A DNA stretch of 63,987 nt, counting the filler, from Dirinaria sp. TL-2023a (lineage: Eukaryota), in NCBI GenBank assembly GCA_051941275.1. It is 9 parts of 9 records of this genome, joined end to end, with 100 filler letters (N's around TTAATTAATTAA, not from the genome) between each part and the next. Parts side by side here need not be neighbours in the genome. Positions count along the whole stretch, not along the records: positions 36,072 to 43,162 come from JAVEBF010001368.1; positions 43,263 to 50,348 come from JAVEBF010001369.1; 7 more parts are not named here. One strand, given 5' to 3'. Every line of letters starts with the position of its first letter. The stretch's first letter is position 1. Made by a program: the position numbers and the translations under genes. Shown here piece by piece: positions 35,972 to 49,682 of the stretch. The notes beneath the pieces are model-generated. The model ran no database searches, was not told the origin of the DNA, and saw nothing but the letters and a program-made list of their open reading frames with translations.

Positions 35972-37530
35972 NNNNNNNNNNNNNNNNNNNNNNNNNNNNN
36001 NNNNNNNNNNNNNNNTTAATTAATTAANNNNNNNNNNNNNNNNNNNNNNNNNNNNNNNNNNNNNNNNNNNNGGTGAAAGGGGAAATTGGTGGGGGTTGAG
36101 AAAGAGCAATGAGACAGCAAATAGCCACCATCCCACATTTTTGATACTCCCAGATATGAAACCCAGATTCAATGGTTTTTAACTCCATAAATGAAGCAGA
36201 CACAAACACTACAATGTACTCGTACGAGTCAGTCATACTATATTTCTAGATCGAACCGTGAACACGACCTCCCTTTTTCTCCGCTTTTAGATCTCGATGA
36301 CGACGATGACAGGATCTTGAATCTCAGGAAGAGGCGTAGTTACTCTCTCTGTGTGAATCGCTTTAAAAAAGAAAACAAAAAAAGGGTCTATCAAAGAGCC
36401 CTGTATCAATCCCTCGCTTCATATCGTTATCTTGTCGATGATAAAAATAAAATCTATCTATCTTCAAAAGATACGTATACTAAGATCAACAAAAAATCTT
36501 CACACTGGTGTGCTATCTAAATCGTTAAATCCAATTTTCCACGCAGAATCGATGAATCTCTCCCTCTTTCCTCATTCTTCCCAACAATGGTTTTTTATTT
36601 GAAGGTATTTAAAAACTTTATAATCCACATCGCGATACTTCTCTCATGATGACGCCACCAATCTAAATACCGCAAGAAAAATCCATGCTCAAACATCAAC
36701 CACCATTCAGATCGATGCAGGCGCTCACTCGTATGTACGTACGTACGTATGTACATTTGGAATAATCGTAACCGTGATCGAAGCTGATTAACTCTTTCGC
36801 AGTGGTCGAGACTGATTGTTTAGATAGCTATCGCTATTGATCCGATTACATGCTTCTCATGTCGATTGCGCTGAGACATATACTGACTGATTTTGATCTT
36901 ATTGTGCTAGGAGCGTGTATACGTGATCAGATAACGAGATTTACGCTTGATTGTAATATTTAGAATTTCATGTTTTGCGCTTTCAAACGATGAATGGCGT
37001 GTAGAATGGAAATGATTATTTCGTTTAAAGTTTATAGAAGCAATAGCACGAAACTCGGTTAGCTGGTTTTGCGGTTGAAGATACTGGGATATCATTGTAA
37101 CGCGTGCGACGCAGAGCTTTGACTTTAGGAAAGGGTGGGGGGAGGGATTTCTCATTATTTAGAGTTGGGTACTGGTTTATGCCTCTGATGGATAAATGTG
37201 TTTGAAGGCTTGCATCCAGGAGCCCTGACTCGACACGACATGATAATCGGTTTCTTCTATTGGAAATCTTGGAAAAGAGTGTGGAAGCTTATTTTCAAGT
37301 CCTGGATGTTAGATGCTTCAAATTTGCATGGTTTCGCCATTCAACGAGAGTCGCTCAAATGCAATAGAGCAGTACAGAATCAGCGGTGACTTTGAAAGAA
37401 CTTTGAGTGATCGAAAGGACTGTGAGACTGGAATACCATTAGAAGGGGAATGGGGCCACTGTAGAAGGATGTTCACTTACAGATTCAAATCAAGAAATCT
37501 TAAGATAAATCAAACACCGATTGTCCTTCC

Positions 37531-38088
37531 TCATAGCTTCGAAAGCAGCTTCCCGCTATTGCCTTCTTTAACGCTTACTGTACGGGAGTCTTCCTCACTC
37601 TTTCTATCATCAGCCAACGGCTTGCTCCCTCGCTCTAACGTGCTATTTTCTTTCACCTGGCTCTCTTGAAGAGGTGACTTTAATTCCTTGCTTGGAGGTG
37701 TCCAGCTGGTAGTGCGCGTATTGTGGTCGACGTAGTATTTTCGATTGTGCTCAGGGAGGAAGCGGACTTCCCAACCTGCTGGGAGGTCTTCGTCTAAGAA
37801 CCGCTCTAGAGGCATAATGTCAGGGTCTGGGCATGTCCAGGTCGTGGTTTGCGTATTGTGGTCGATGTAATAATTCTTTCCATTCGGAGCTACCGCCATC
37901 TCCCATCCATATGGTAAAGGTTTCTCCATGGCCTGGCAGTGACTGGATGGAGAAGGATCGCTGGTGTCACTGAGCATCGTCCTCATTCTATGACGATCTG
38001 TCGTAGTAGAGAATGATGAAATTTTCAGCGAGTCGTCGTTGATGCTTGTTACTCGGTCGTGGCTATCGCTAGCTGTCTCTAACGGCAC
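37531..38088 (-). CDS. Small tandem WW-domain protein
   Basis: Two WW repeats: LPYGWEMAVAPNGKNYYIDHNTQTTTWTCP and LPAGWEVRFLPEHNRKYYVDHNTRTTSWTPP. Start is uncertain. Confidence 0.75.
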   Translation of the reverse strand: MPLETASDSHDRVTSINDDSLKISSFSTTTDRHRMRTMLSDTSDPSPSSHCQAMEKPLPYGWEMAVAPNGKNYYIDHNTQTTTWTCPDPDIMPLERFLDEDLPAGWEVRFLPEHNRKYYVDHNTRTTSWTPPSKELKSPLQESQVKENSTLERGSKPLADDRKSEEDSRTVSVKEGNSGKLLSKL

Positions 38089-39267
38089 TGGCCGGTTTTC
38101 GTCGCAAGGTTCCTTGATCGGACCTTGGCGACGTTTATAGAAAAGGTTTTATAAAATAACAATGAAGGTTGAAGGCGAATACACAATTTGTACTTTGCTG
38201 CCTGGAGCTGGTGATGGTGTTGGAGCCTTGTCCGTGCCGTACTTCAAGGCACCCAATGAGCCGCGAACTGGAGACATAGTGCTTACAGTGCCAGCGAATC
38301 ATTTTGAAAGCTTTGAAGATTTCGTAAAAAATGCACAAATTTTCCATGAAGTCTTCAAGCTCCCAAGCGATCGAACTTCGTGGGGCTGATGTCACGCTGG
38401 ACTTCTAATTCAATTCCTAGCTTGGCTAGATGGAGAGTGTCTTGATGCCTAGGGCTACATGCAGCCAGGCAATCAAGCGCATGCGGATACCACCTCGGCC
38501 GATGCCATGCAGGTTATTGATGCCCCAGCCACCTCCACAAATTGGTGTGCTTGGGAAGTACCCTAGATACCTTAGGTAACTGGTCGCTCCCTTGCAGTCA
38601 GCTGACCTAGGTTTGGCGTTAGCATATGTCGGCCCTTTCATTCTAGAGTACGGAGTACGTCTCAGGCTTCCCCAATTACTTTAACTCGCCTGCTTTAGTA
38701 TCTTATTCGATATCGCATTGTAGAGGCACTTGTTTGCCTACCTGCCCGTCCAGGTATGCGGCCGCGTAGGTAGAGGGAGTTATTGGTGCCGAAGGCAGCA
38801 GTCAATGCAGTTTGCTCCTACTATGGAACCATGACTAACTCCGACGAGGCCCAAATCAATATATTTGTGAAGTCCGCGTCGATGTGGATAGCGACGGAGC
38901 GCTCAAGCCGGCGTACAATATACATACAATTGTTTAGGTATTAGAATCGGTGCGCAGGCAAGATTGCGTAAATCATAATCTTCGGTATCTGCTCTTCTAT
39001 ACAACGGCCCATGCATTCGATCATCATCATTGTAAGGAAAATCCAGCTATAGGCATAGGAGTGGTGTGAGCTCTACCATGATTACTCAGATTCATGCTAT
39101 CTGCGGGACTAACTTCATTTTATCTCAACATACCTGACGCAAAAGCTTCTTGAGCACTTTGCATGTGAAACAGAGCAGGAGAGATCAAATTGAAAAGTCG
39201 GCAGAGAATGTGAGACCCATTGGCTCACCGGAAGTCAATCGTATTGGCCGACACGAAGGATTTCATC

Positions 39268-40768
39268 TCAGTTGAACTGATTCCAGTCTGTCGAGTCGCG
39301 CTCAGAAAGGTTGCTGCTCTCTCTCCGAACAGCGTTCTGGAGCATTATAAGGCCTTCCTCAAATGACGCCAATTTGGTATGAAGGTGCTGATTTTCCTCA
39401 GCCTTTTTAAGAGCGTCTTTCTCGAGATCTCCAATTCGCTTTGTGAGCAAATCATTCCTGTGGATATGTCGGCGCACCTCGATCTTAAGCTCTTCTCGTG
39501 ACTGACGATAGTTGGCCATTTTTTTTCAATGCTGTATTGCACTCTTGGATCGTTTTATCATCGGCTTGAACCGCACGCTCTAACTGTGCCACGGCAGAGT
39601 CTTTAGCCTTGAGAATTTCCTTGTGTTCCGCTTCACGAGCTGCTAGCTGTTCGTTCAACTTAATGACTAGCTCTGCCTCCTGTTGACGAATTTCATGTTC
39701 TAGCGCCACTATTGTTTCGTCTTTCCTCTTCGTGGCCTGAAGCTCATCGAGGATCTGGCGCTCGAGGTCCTTGACTCGCTGTTCCAAAGCCAAGTTTCGA
39801 GTCTCGAGCTTATGGACTCCGAGAGTGATTGGTGTTTGAGAGAGAAAGGTCTCATACCAGAAAGTGGATTCAGATCCGACTCGTCGGCTCTTCGCAGGGT
39901 TGAGATTGGAGTCACTTGCTGGACAGGACCTTTTGCTAGCGATCGATGTCTTGTTCCAGCATTCCACACAACGCCATGGAAGTTGGGCATGAGGCATGAC
40001 AACTGGCTCATGACATTGAGCGTGATACACAAAAGAGCAATCTGAACAAGAGAGTAATGCATTTGATTCAATGTCGTGACCTTTTTGGCAGACGCAGCAA
40101 AGCTTGCCATCAGTATTCGTAGAATGGACGTCAAGCGCAGCGACTTGTTTAACGCTTGCGGCTTGAGGTTTCGTTGTTAGAAGTTGACTATTGGCTTTCG
40201 AAGTGTTGATGGAGGCTTCCTGTTCAGATGCTGAGATGGCTCCCTTGAGCTTCTGGCTACGTGTGATAACCGAATACACGCCGCGTCGTTGGCTTCCATC
40301 TACTTGAGAGATTTGCGCTGAATGATTCAGGCTATGCTCAGTCCTATCTTGGTCAGAGGCCTTCTGTTGGCAATGGATCTCCTATTAGTGATAGTGAAAC
40401 ACCAATTTTCTGCGGGTGCTGGTTTACCAGAGTGTCGTCTCTTTGCCGAAGCTTGGCAAGAGGTCAGCGTTAGAGTCTTTAGCTTAGGTATGTCAAGGGG
40501 TCTTACACGGCGGTATCTCATCTTTACAGTATTCTCCGTAGTCTTGAAGTACTAAGGAAGTTAGAGCAACAAGCATCGAGAGTCGTAAGGTGTAGCGTCT
40601 ACAAACCTTCGCAATCTCCTTCTAGCCCGCACCACTTTCTCGGCGTCTGCGTAGGTCATCTAGCTGTGCATCTGTCCATGTCATTCCATTCCCCATTCGA
40701 GGCCTATAATCAGAGATCTCTGATAGATCGTCATGCTCATCTTGCGAATGTGGAGGCTGAGAAGACAT
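39268..40768 (-). pseudogene. Myb-like + PHD finger + coiled-coil protein with in-frame TAG (40622-40624) and an A8 frameshift (about 39519-39526)
   Basis: Three GT-AG introns join WTDAQLDDLRRRRESGAG*KEIAK|YFKTTENTVKMRYRR|LRQRDDTL|EIHCQQK to the PHD finger CCVCQKG...CSDCSFVYHAQCHEP...WRCVEC and a heptad-rich tail. Confidence 0.7.
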
Positions 40769-42174
40769 GAAGTTGGAATCTTTGGTGGCGAGCTCCTGCA
40801 AGATACCGATAGGAAGATTGAATACAAGAAATGGTGAGTTGAAGATGCAAGTGATCTTACAAGAGCTACTGTGATGCATCTGAAGGATGGAAGACTTGCG
40901 AACACAGTGAAAAGTATGTAGGTACCTAGGTAGGTAGATATGGTAGTGTTGACACATGCATGTAAGCGAGCAGGGCCTAAATCGCTGTGAGTCACTGAAT
41001 CTTCAAGCGAAGAGAAAGTCGCAAGAGAAGGATGGAGGGAAGAAAGCGAAAAAGCCACTTGTCTCACCGACCCACACATCATATCAGAGACGACATGTCA
41101 TTTTCCGATTCTTCAGAACACGCCAAGGTTGTGCGACTATCGAATTCAGAAATCACGGTCCTGTTCAATGCCTAAATTTCTATCTACATGTGAACTTTTT
41201 AATGAGCGCTTGTAATGGTGCTTAGTGCGTTTACTGGCCCAACTTACGAATGAGGATGCAGATGAAAACGACCTGTGTCAGCCAATCATGTCCTAACTTA
41301 AAGTGCTCCAAGAACACAATGCCGCATGCTCATGCACCTACTTCAGTAGCCTCATAAGACCTACCCACACGTCCACCCACTTGACCCACAATCGACAACA
41401 TTGCTGATTGCTTGACAGAGAATATTAGATCTATTTTTAAGCACGATCCAACGTTGTAGGCTTGCCGCTTTCTTTTTCTTCTCGAAGGTGCATACAGCGT
41501 TGATAGGACGGAGAGAACGATGAGAATGGCACGATCATAGATAGGAGACGATCTTACGAGGAAGTCAATTCTCAGTTCGTTCCGCCTTCTCATAAACGAA
41601 GTCAATTAATGCCTAGAGTACCCAGCTCACGGCATCAACCTTCATATGAACAGTAGAGTCCATCAAGGGATACTAGTGTCAGAGAGCATAGTGCATGAAC
41701 AAGATCTCTAAAAATGAACGACTTTGTTCACTCCCTCAACCTAGGAGAGCAAGCGAGGTTCAGTCTTTCAAGAATCTAATAGAACTTCTCATACCCCGAC
41801 GTGCGGTGAATTCGATTATACTTTGGGACCATCTGCTAGAGAGGGCCCCTGTGTCTCCACCCAAATTTCTATTTCATCTTCAGAATTGAAGTGAGCACTA
41901 CATTCAATGCCACAATTCATTTCAATTTTGGCCTCAAATTGTGGGAATCTCCGTCCCGTCGTACATATGTACGTGAATAGGTAGATCTGATGTAGATGAA
42001 AAAGCCTTTCACTAGCGCCTCGACTAACGCGTACCGCGGTAGCACTTGGAGGGGGGGAGTGGGGGTGTCTTTCCAACTACACCCCTGAAGAAATTCCGTC
42101 TACATCTGAAAATCTTCAGATCGATCATCGATGCTGTTGATACTGCATTCAATTCGCTGACGCTTCAAAAAGCC

Positions 42175-43162
42175 ATGGCCACCGTCTACAGATCCCTCAC
42201 CAAATCCTCGACGCCCAAAGATGACCCTACCCACTCCGTCCCTGCACGAACGAAGCAACGGGTCCTGATCCTCTCGTCCCGCGGCGTCACCTACCGGCAT
42301 CGACATCTCCTCAATGACCTCTACTCCCTCCTCCCACATAGCAGGAAAGATGCCAAGCTCGACACAAAGACGAAACTCTATCAGCTCAATGAGCTCGCCG
42401 AACTATACAACTGCAATAACGTGATGTTCTTTGAGGCCCGGAAAGGCAAGGATTTATACATATGGATTAGCAAAGCGCCTAATGGGCCAACCGTCAAGAT
42501 GCATTTGCAAAATCGTAAGCTGGACCCTCGCTCTTGCCGTGTATACACGGACTCGGCAGCTGCCTGACACATTGCTCTCCTCCAACCTACCGCCAAAGAG
42601 GGAGCATCGTCGTTCCCACCCTCAACGCAAACTTCATCTCAACTGACCATCCCCTGTAGTACACACAATGTCCGAACTACATTTCCCAGGGAACTGTCTC
42701 CGCGGCTCTCGACCTATTCTCTCCTTCGATCACACATTTACCACGGCGCCACACCTACAATTAATCCAAGAACTCCTCACCCAAACCTTCAGCGTCCCAA
42801 AACACGCCCGGAAATCGAAACCTTTCATCGATCACGTCATGGGTTTCACGCTCGCGGACGGAAAAATCTGGATTCGGTGTTTCCAAATCTCCGAAACCGT
42901 CGCCTCGTCCTCCAAACCCAACGAAGAAAATGCCGATCCAGCTCCTTCAACAAGGGGATCGAAAGCAGGAGAGACGAAACTTTCCCTAGTAGAGATCGGC
43001 CCGCGGTTCGTGCTAACCCCGATTGTCATCCTTGAAGGCAGTTTTGGCGGGCCGGTCATCTATGAGAATAAAGAATTTGTGAGCCCGAATATGATCCGGG
43101 CGGAGCTCAGGCGGGGAAAGGCGGGGAAGTACAATCGACGAGCGGAACAGGGCGTGGAGAGG
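42175..43162 (+). CDS. BRX1: Ribosome biogenesis protein Brx1 (Brix domain), 3' truncated
   Basis: Contains KQRVLILSSRGVTYRHRHLLNDL, FFEARKGKDLY, GNCLRGSRPILSFD and EIGPRFVLTPI. Intron at about 42515-42658. Confidence 0.95.
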
Positions 43163-43396
43163 NNNNNNNNNNNNNNNNNNNNNNNNNNNNNNNNNNNNNN
43201 NNNNNNTTAATTAATTAANNNNNNNNNNNNNNNNNNNNNNNNNNNNNNNNNNNNNNNNNNNNGAGACCTCTTCTCTTGAAAAACGCCCGCCCTCCCGCGT
43301 CTTAACCTTTACTTCTCTCGCCGCGGGCTAAGATACCCTTCAAAAAAGTCTAAAGCTCCTTTACTTTCCTCTCCTTGACTTGCTTTACTCACTCAC

Positions 43397-44749
43397 TCAC
43401 TGCTCGAGCGGGGTGAAAGAGATGCGGTCCTCGGCCTTGCTCTGGAAGGGCACGCCCAGCTCCAGCAGTTTGACCATGACGTCCTTGAACTCGGTGAAGA
43501 AGACGCGGTCGTCCTTGGCGTAGCGCTCGACGTGCTTGCGGAACTCGCCGTCTTTGATCAGGGCCATGTCCGTGGGCAGCATCATCAGCGTTTTGGTGCT
43601 GCTGTCTTGGTATTGTTTTGGCCCGTTCCACTTTTTTGACAGACCGGGGAATTCAGTATTGGGTTTGTTTAGGGGAGGACTGCGGGGGAAGGGGGGGGAT
43701 ATCCTGGCTTACCTTACGCCAATTCCATTTCTCCTCCATCAACAGCCGGAAATAATCATTGCTCATGATCGTCGGACTGAAACTCCACGGTCCCTCGAAC
43801 CCGCTCCGATCGGTGTGGCATCGGCCCAAGGCATGCGCCCCGCTCAGCGCCACGATCTCCCGATCATCGAACCCCATGCGTCCAAAGATGTCTCGAAGAT
43901 GGCCGTGCTCCTTCGATCCGTCCGGCAGCCTCCCGTCCGGGGTACACATGCTCACGTCGCGGTCCTGACGACCGGGGCGCCAGGGGATGATCGGTCCTTG
44001 CATTTCTTGGATGGCGCAGACGCCGGCCAGGGTCCACAGATCGGAGTACGTGATCCAGGGGAACTGTTCCTTGACGGGCTCGAGGAAGTCACGGGCGGCT
44101 TTGAGGCCGGCGTTGGCGCCGTGGTCGCCTTCCGGGGCGAAACGCATCGTCGCCCCATTCGAGCCCCCCGTGCCGGTCTCCTTGTCGTAGCTGCAAAATA
44201 AATGTAATGTTCAGCATTCTGTTATTCCATCCTTCAAGGGAAAACGGTTCAAGAACGACGGACGGGGAACATTGCTCACGTTCCACTGCAATGCCACGCC
44301 AGCCGGAGAATCACAGGCCCGTAACTCCCATCGTCGTAATCTTCCTTCTCGTCCAGCCGCTTCGCAATCGTGTTGTAGACCTGCTGGTAATCTTCCTTTT
44401 TCGGGGCAAAGACCCCCCCGGTTTTCGACTCCCCCGCCGCCGCCGCACTCGATCCCTTCTTCACCTCCTTGACTTTCCCATCTTCCCACTCGTTCGTGGT
44501 GACGTACCACACCGCTGCGCCCGCGACAACGAGGATGCTGCCGAACGCGACCGAGTACCCGAGTACGGACGGGGCTTTGCGAGTCTGTGGTGGACCCGAA
44601 GCGTAGCCGCGGCGGGCAGGAGGAGGAGCTTGCAAGGTGTGGCGAGAGAAGGCGTTGTTGCATGCGCGGCGCGTGGTGGTTGAGCGCAGTGTGGAGGTGA
44701 TGGGGCCGTGGGAGGCAAAGCGGGTGGCTGCCCGAGCTGCTGAAGCCAT
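43397..44749 (-). CDS. CCP1: Mitochondrial cytochrome c peroxidase
   Basis: Presequence plus TM segment, then [38 protein letters not shown] and MMLPTDMAL. Two introns. Confidence 0.93.
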
Positions 44750-47181
44750 GGTTCGAATGAAGATGATCGAAAGTCAGAAGAAGCGGCTATCGAAAGTTTG
44801 AGGCACCAGGAGGGATCTGGCCTACAGGTGCCTGGTGATGCAAAGGGTCTAACAGGACGTTGATACCCAGTATGTGAGACGGAGAATCGTCAAGTCTGAT
44901 CGCTGCTTACATACTTAGATGTACTCAGGATTAAATGCTAGCGCGAATGGAATAATTTCGGAGGGATATGATTAGTCAGAAGAGGAAGGTGTCAACATGC
45001 CTTCTAGACTTCGTCACCTTAATCTTCAATTGCGACACAGATATCTACCCGTCAAGTCAAACTTTGTTATACTTGTTCTTCTGGTCTTTTCTCTGCTTCT
45101 ACAAAGTGTGAGATCAAGATATTCTCCTTATTATTGTCTTTCGAAGCTTCAGTCATCACTTTTTTTTAAGGCGGGAGATCGACCTTATGCAATCTAAAAG
45201 CAAGCGTTACCGAGGGAATCGGTCCCCGAACTCCTCTTAACCGTACCTTAGATCCCCAACTAGATGAACGGATGCCATCTATCCCGCAGCCGCAGAGGCT
45301 ATTGCGGGCAGCCGAGAGTACTGTCAGTCTGTAATAGTCCTCCTTTTCCCACGTACTGCGTCTGGACAGTGAAGGTAAATCTTCATTATTTTGAATGGTC
45401 GATTCTTCGTTCACGTATCTTGTTCCGAAGACTACTTTTTGCTGCGTATCTGGAAAGGAAGTACTACCGTCTTTATTTGACTCCTTTAACGGCTCGACAC
45501 GGATCGTATAAACTAGTAGCGAGCTTTTCCTCCGATTGGGGGCCAAGGTTCCAAACTTCTTAGTATTTTACTCTGAACGTTTGGTGTGGTAGGGATCATT
45601 CAGGTGAGAGTCATGACTCTTGCATCAATCGAACATGGAGGGCGAGAAAAGAATGGAGTAGCAGAGCTGCATGGTATCTACCTCAGTTCATCTACTAAGT
45701 GCTTATGCCACCCAAGGGCTGGATGCTCTGCAAAGCCAAAATGGAGTGGTATCGCATGCCCAGCGGGACTGTTACATGATTCAATATAAGGTAGTCTCAA
45801 CGACAAACTGGTTCAATCAAGGCGAGTGCGCTATCTACTACGTATCACTCATACTACCCACAGCACCGCGGACACGGCAGCGAAACAAAGCCAGCAAGAG
45901 TTGCTGCCACTCAGCAAGTGTGCTCAGTGTGCGTGTCGGCGTATGTATTGTCTAGAATTTGGGAAAGGAGTTGCCTACCTTGTTCGACCAGCCCAGATCC
46001 AAGGCCATCCATCACGAGTCTCGTCAATTTGAATCATTGCAATGACCTCAGCAAGGTTATATAGCGGATTTTTTTTTCACGGATTCAGTTTTGCTAGATG
46101 CTTAAATTCAATTTTAGTACCTTCAAGTCACAAAATGTTGCCCATATCCATTATAATGTACAGAGATTTCATAGTCTGGTACTTTAATGGTGGAAGAAGC
46201 CTACATCAAATGGCCACATACCTGGGCCGCATCAGACTGTCAATCCTTGACGCATGGATCCTCTTCTGCCCTCCACCAGGGATTTTATGAGCAATTATGC
46301 TGATCAGTCTGGGAAAATCTCACTCTATGGGCTAGCATATAAGTATTGGTGGCTATTCTATGGACGAAGGCGAACAAGTATGTAAGTCAATTCTTTGGCC
46401 AAGCCCAGCGATCAGACGATAGCACTGCATGGCTAAGCGCTGTATGCCTCGAATCATGAGCGTTACCTCAAGGTAGTTGCGTGATGGAAGAAATAAGACA
46501 CGAATCCACCAGCCATAAATAGAGCAGCGCCAAGACAGGCAAGAGAGATCAGCGTTCGCCTTTTTTCACTCATCTGGAGCTCACGTGGTGTTCCAACTTG
46601 GTGACCTAATTTTGATGCATGTTCGACAGGAGAAAGCGGGTACTTTAGGTAAGGTACAGCCCAGTACCGACTGCCGGTAGTCGAGACCGTTTACATCTAG
46701 TGGGGAACCCACGCGAGCCACGGTTAACAAATACGAAGTACCAACTTTACCTCCCTCGTAAGAATTCCCCGTCCAGGGAATTAAATATTGCGTCACACCC
46801 TTACCCCAAGCCACGCTTCGCCCCCTGCCAAGAAGCTCTTGTAACACGCGACTCCGTCAACATTCATATAACATTACAAGGCTGAAGCCATGTTGTTGCT
46901 GCGTCCTGCTTGTCCGCAGGCTCAGCCTCGCCTTCACTTGCATACTACCTATACATATACCGAGCAATGTTATTATTCAGATCGCGAGCTTTTCACATTA
47001 TTGGAAGTGAGCCAGACTGAGCCAAACCGGTTTCCAGTCCAAAAACCTGCGGCGGCGATCCACCACGTCAGCTGAACGTGAACTGAAACCAGTATTTTAT
47101 CGAGAACGCTTGCTAGGCAACGTGGCGTCTAAGAGGCACGACATTACATCTCAGTTGCCTTATTGAAGGCACCACATTGCC

Positions 47182-49208
47182 ATGATTATACCGTTTTCGT
47201 TCTCGAGCGTCGTCGCTCTCTTGGCTCTACTTGGCTTTTCCCATGGTATGTTTCACCATCGTACTTTTCGAAGTCAACCGCTAAATCAAAGACAGGAGCT
47301 ACTCTTGCATCACGAAACCCTTCAGAAGACGCAGGCCAGGCTTTGGATGTAGATGCTCTGGCTCATCGAGCTCTGCCAAACGCCCCCAATGGCTACACAC
47401 CACAAGCTGGCGATTGCCCCTCGACCCGTCCCGAGATACGCAGCGCCAAAGGCCTATCGAGCAACGAAACGTCATGGCTGAAGTCGCGGCGCAATCAGAC
47501 CTTTGCACCGATGCAAGATTTGCTGGGGAGGTTGAACGTAACGGGTTTCGATGCTGCAGACTACTTTTCAAAGCATGCAAAGAATGTCTCGGCGATGCCC
47601 AATGTTGGCCTTGCGTTTTCAGGGGGTGGGTACAGGGCCTTGCTCAACGGAGCTGGAGCTATGGAGGCTTTCGACAGCAGAGAAGAGAATGCAACAGCGT
47701 CAGGCCGTCTTGGCGGGTTGCTGCAAGCATCGACATATGTTGCGGGATTGTCCGGGGGCAACTGGCTTGTGGGAAGCATGTTTCTCAACAATTTCACCAC
47801 TATCTCTGCACTCATGAACGCACAGGCTCCTGGATCTGTGTGGGAGTTCGAGAATTCGATTCTCCAAGGTCCACCCACGGGCGGCTTCCAACTTTTTGAT
47901 TCTACTCAGTACTTCGATCATATCTACGATGATGTAAGCGGAAAGAGAGACGCAGGCTACAACACCTCCATCACGGATTACTGGGGGCGTGCCTTGAGCT
48001 TCCAGCTAATAAACGCTACTGACGGTGGTCCCGCTTACACATGGTCATCCATCGCTTTGGTTAAGGATTTCGCGAATGGTAGCATTCCAATGCCAATTGT
48101 GATCGCTGACGGCCGCGCTCCAGGAGAGTTACTGATTCCTGGGAATACCACGGTGTATGAGTTCAACCCTTGGGAGATGGGATCATTCGACCCTACAACT
48201 TATGGGTTCGTCCCTCTTGAGTACCTAGGGTCGAACTTCTCTGGAGGCATTCTACCTTCCAACGAGCAATGTGTTCGAGGCTTCGACAACGCAGGTTTCA
48301 TCATGGGCACCTCCTCCTCGCTCTTCAACACGCTCCAGCTGCAACTCAACACGACGAGTATACCAGACGCTGCGAAGACCTTTCTGAAGAAAATCCTGAG
48401 CGACGTGGGGGACGACAATAACGATATTGCCAACTACCAGCCCAACCCTTTCTATGGTTACAATAACCACTCATCTGAGAATGCCCATTCCGATATTCTC
48501 ACCCTCGTCGATGGCGGCGAGTCGAATGAGAACATCCCGCTACATCCACTAATTCAGCCTTTCAGACACGTCGATGTCATCTTCGCTGTTGATTCTTCCG
48601 CAGATACGGACAACCACTGGCCGAATGGCTCCGCACTGGTTTCAACTTATGAGCGCAGCCTGGACACCCTTGTAAGCAACGGCACGGCTTTCCCCGCTGT
48701 CCCGGATGTGAACACATTCATCAACGAAGGGCTGAATACCCACCCCACATTTTTTGGATGCAACTCGTCCAACACCTCGTCCATGACTCCGCTTATCGTC
48801 TACCTCCCGAATTTCCCATACGACTACCACAGCAACTTTTCGACTTTCACTACATCCTACAATATGAGTTCGCGGGACGACGTGGTTCTCAATGGCTACA
48901 ATGTCGTCACGATGGGTAACGGCAGCGTTGACAGTACCTGGCCGACCTGCGTGGGATGTGCTATCCTGCAGAGGAGCATGGAGCGCACGAACACGCCTAT
49001 CCCGGATGTCTGCAGTGGCTGCTTCCAGCGATTCTGCTGGGATGGACGAGTCAACAGCACGCAGCCGGCACCGTACGAGCCCAATTTCACATTGGGTCCT
49101 GTGGATATCAGCAACAAGAAGAAGAGCGCTGCAGTTCAGAGCTATGAGCGTAGCTTGACGGCTCTTGCGGTGGGGACCATCATCACGGTAGTAACCAGTA
49201 TTTGGTAA
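47182..49208 (+). CDS. Secreted or GPI-anchored lysophospholipase (phospholipase B)
   Basis: Signal exon MIIPFSFSSVVALLALLGFSHG followed by an intron, then SGGGYRA, GLSGGNW, LVDGGE, FAVDSSAD and a hydrophobic C-terminal tail. Confidence 0.93.
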
Positions 49209-49682
49209 TCATTGGCTTCGGCATGCCCTTGGATAAACGGAGTTTCTTCCCTGTACATGGCTTGCATATGGTGGAAATTGCCCATTTCGGATTCATGGTT
49301 GAAGGATTGTAAATTAGCATGCATCAATGTCATTATGATTGTTCGACTTCTGTAGAGTTTCCACGTCCACGTCTACCATACTTTATGTAAGGTACAGAGC
49401 GGTGCCACCTCAATAAGAATACCTTAAGGCATGGTAGGTATTGTAGGTACCCGAGGTACCCACTCTCCTTAGCGGATCCCCTGATCTTACGTCATTAGGT
49501 AGTGTACTTGTAATCAATCTAATCTAATCGGACGCCGAGACCAAGAACCAAACAACTCTTGTGCAAGAAAGGTTATAATAAGTTGTTCAGCAATCAGGAA
49601 AATAGTAAAAAGGGTTTCGCCGAATTATGTCCAGACGCTGAAGAGCGTCAAATGTTTCCCAGACATCCATCTCCGTGTTTCG

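Noticed and set aside
27622..40624. Genome-wide reassignment of TAG to Trp
   Set aside because: TAG is the normal terminator of NAF1, MCM2, the CBS gene and the monooxygenase itself, and TGG is used throughout.
44800..47150. Short ORFs between CCP1 and the phospholipase gene
   Set aside because: No recognisable domain or splice-supported structure; probably intergenic.
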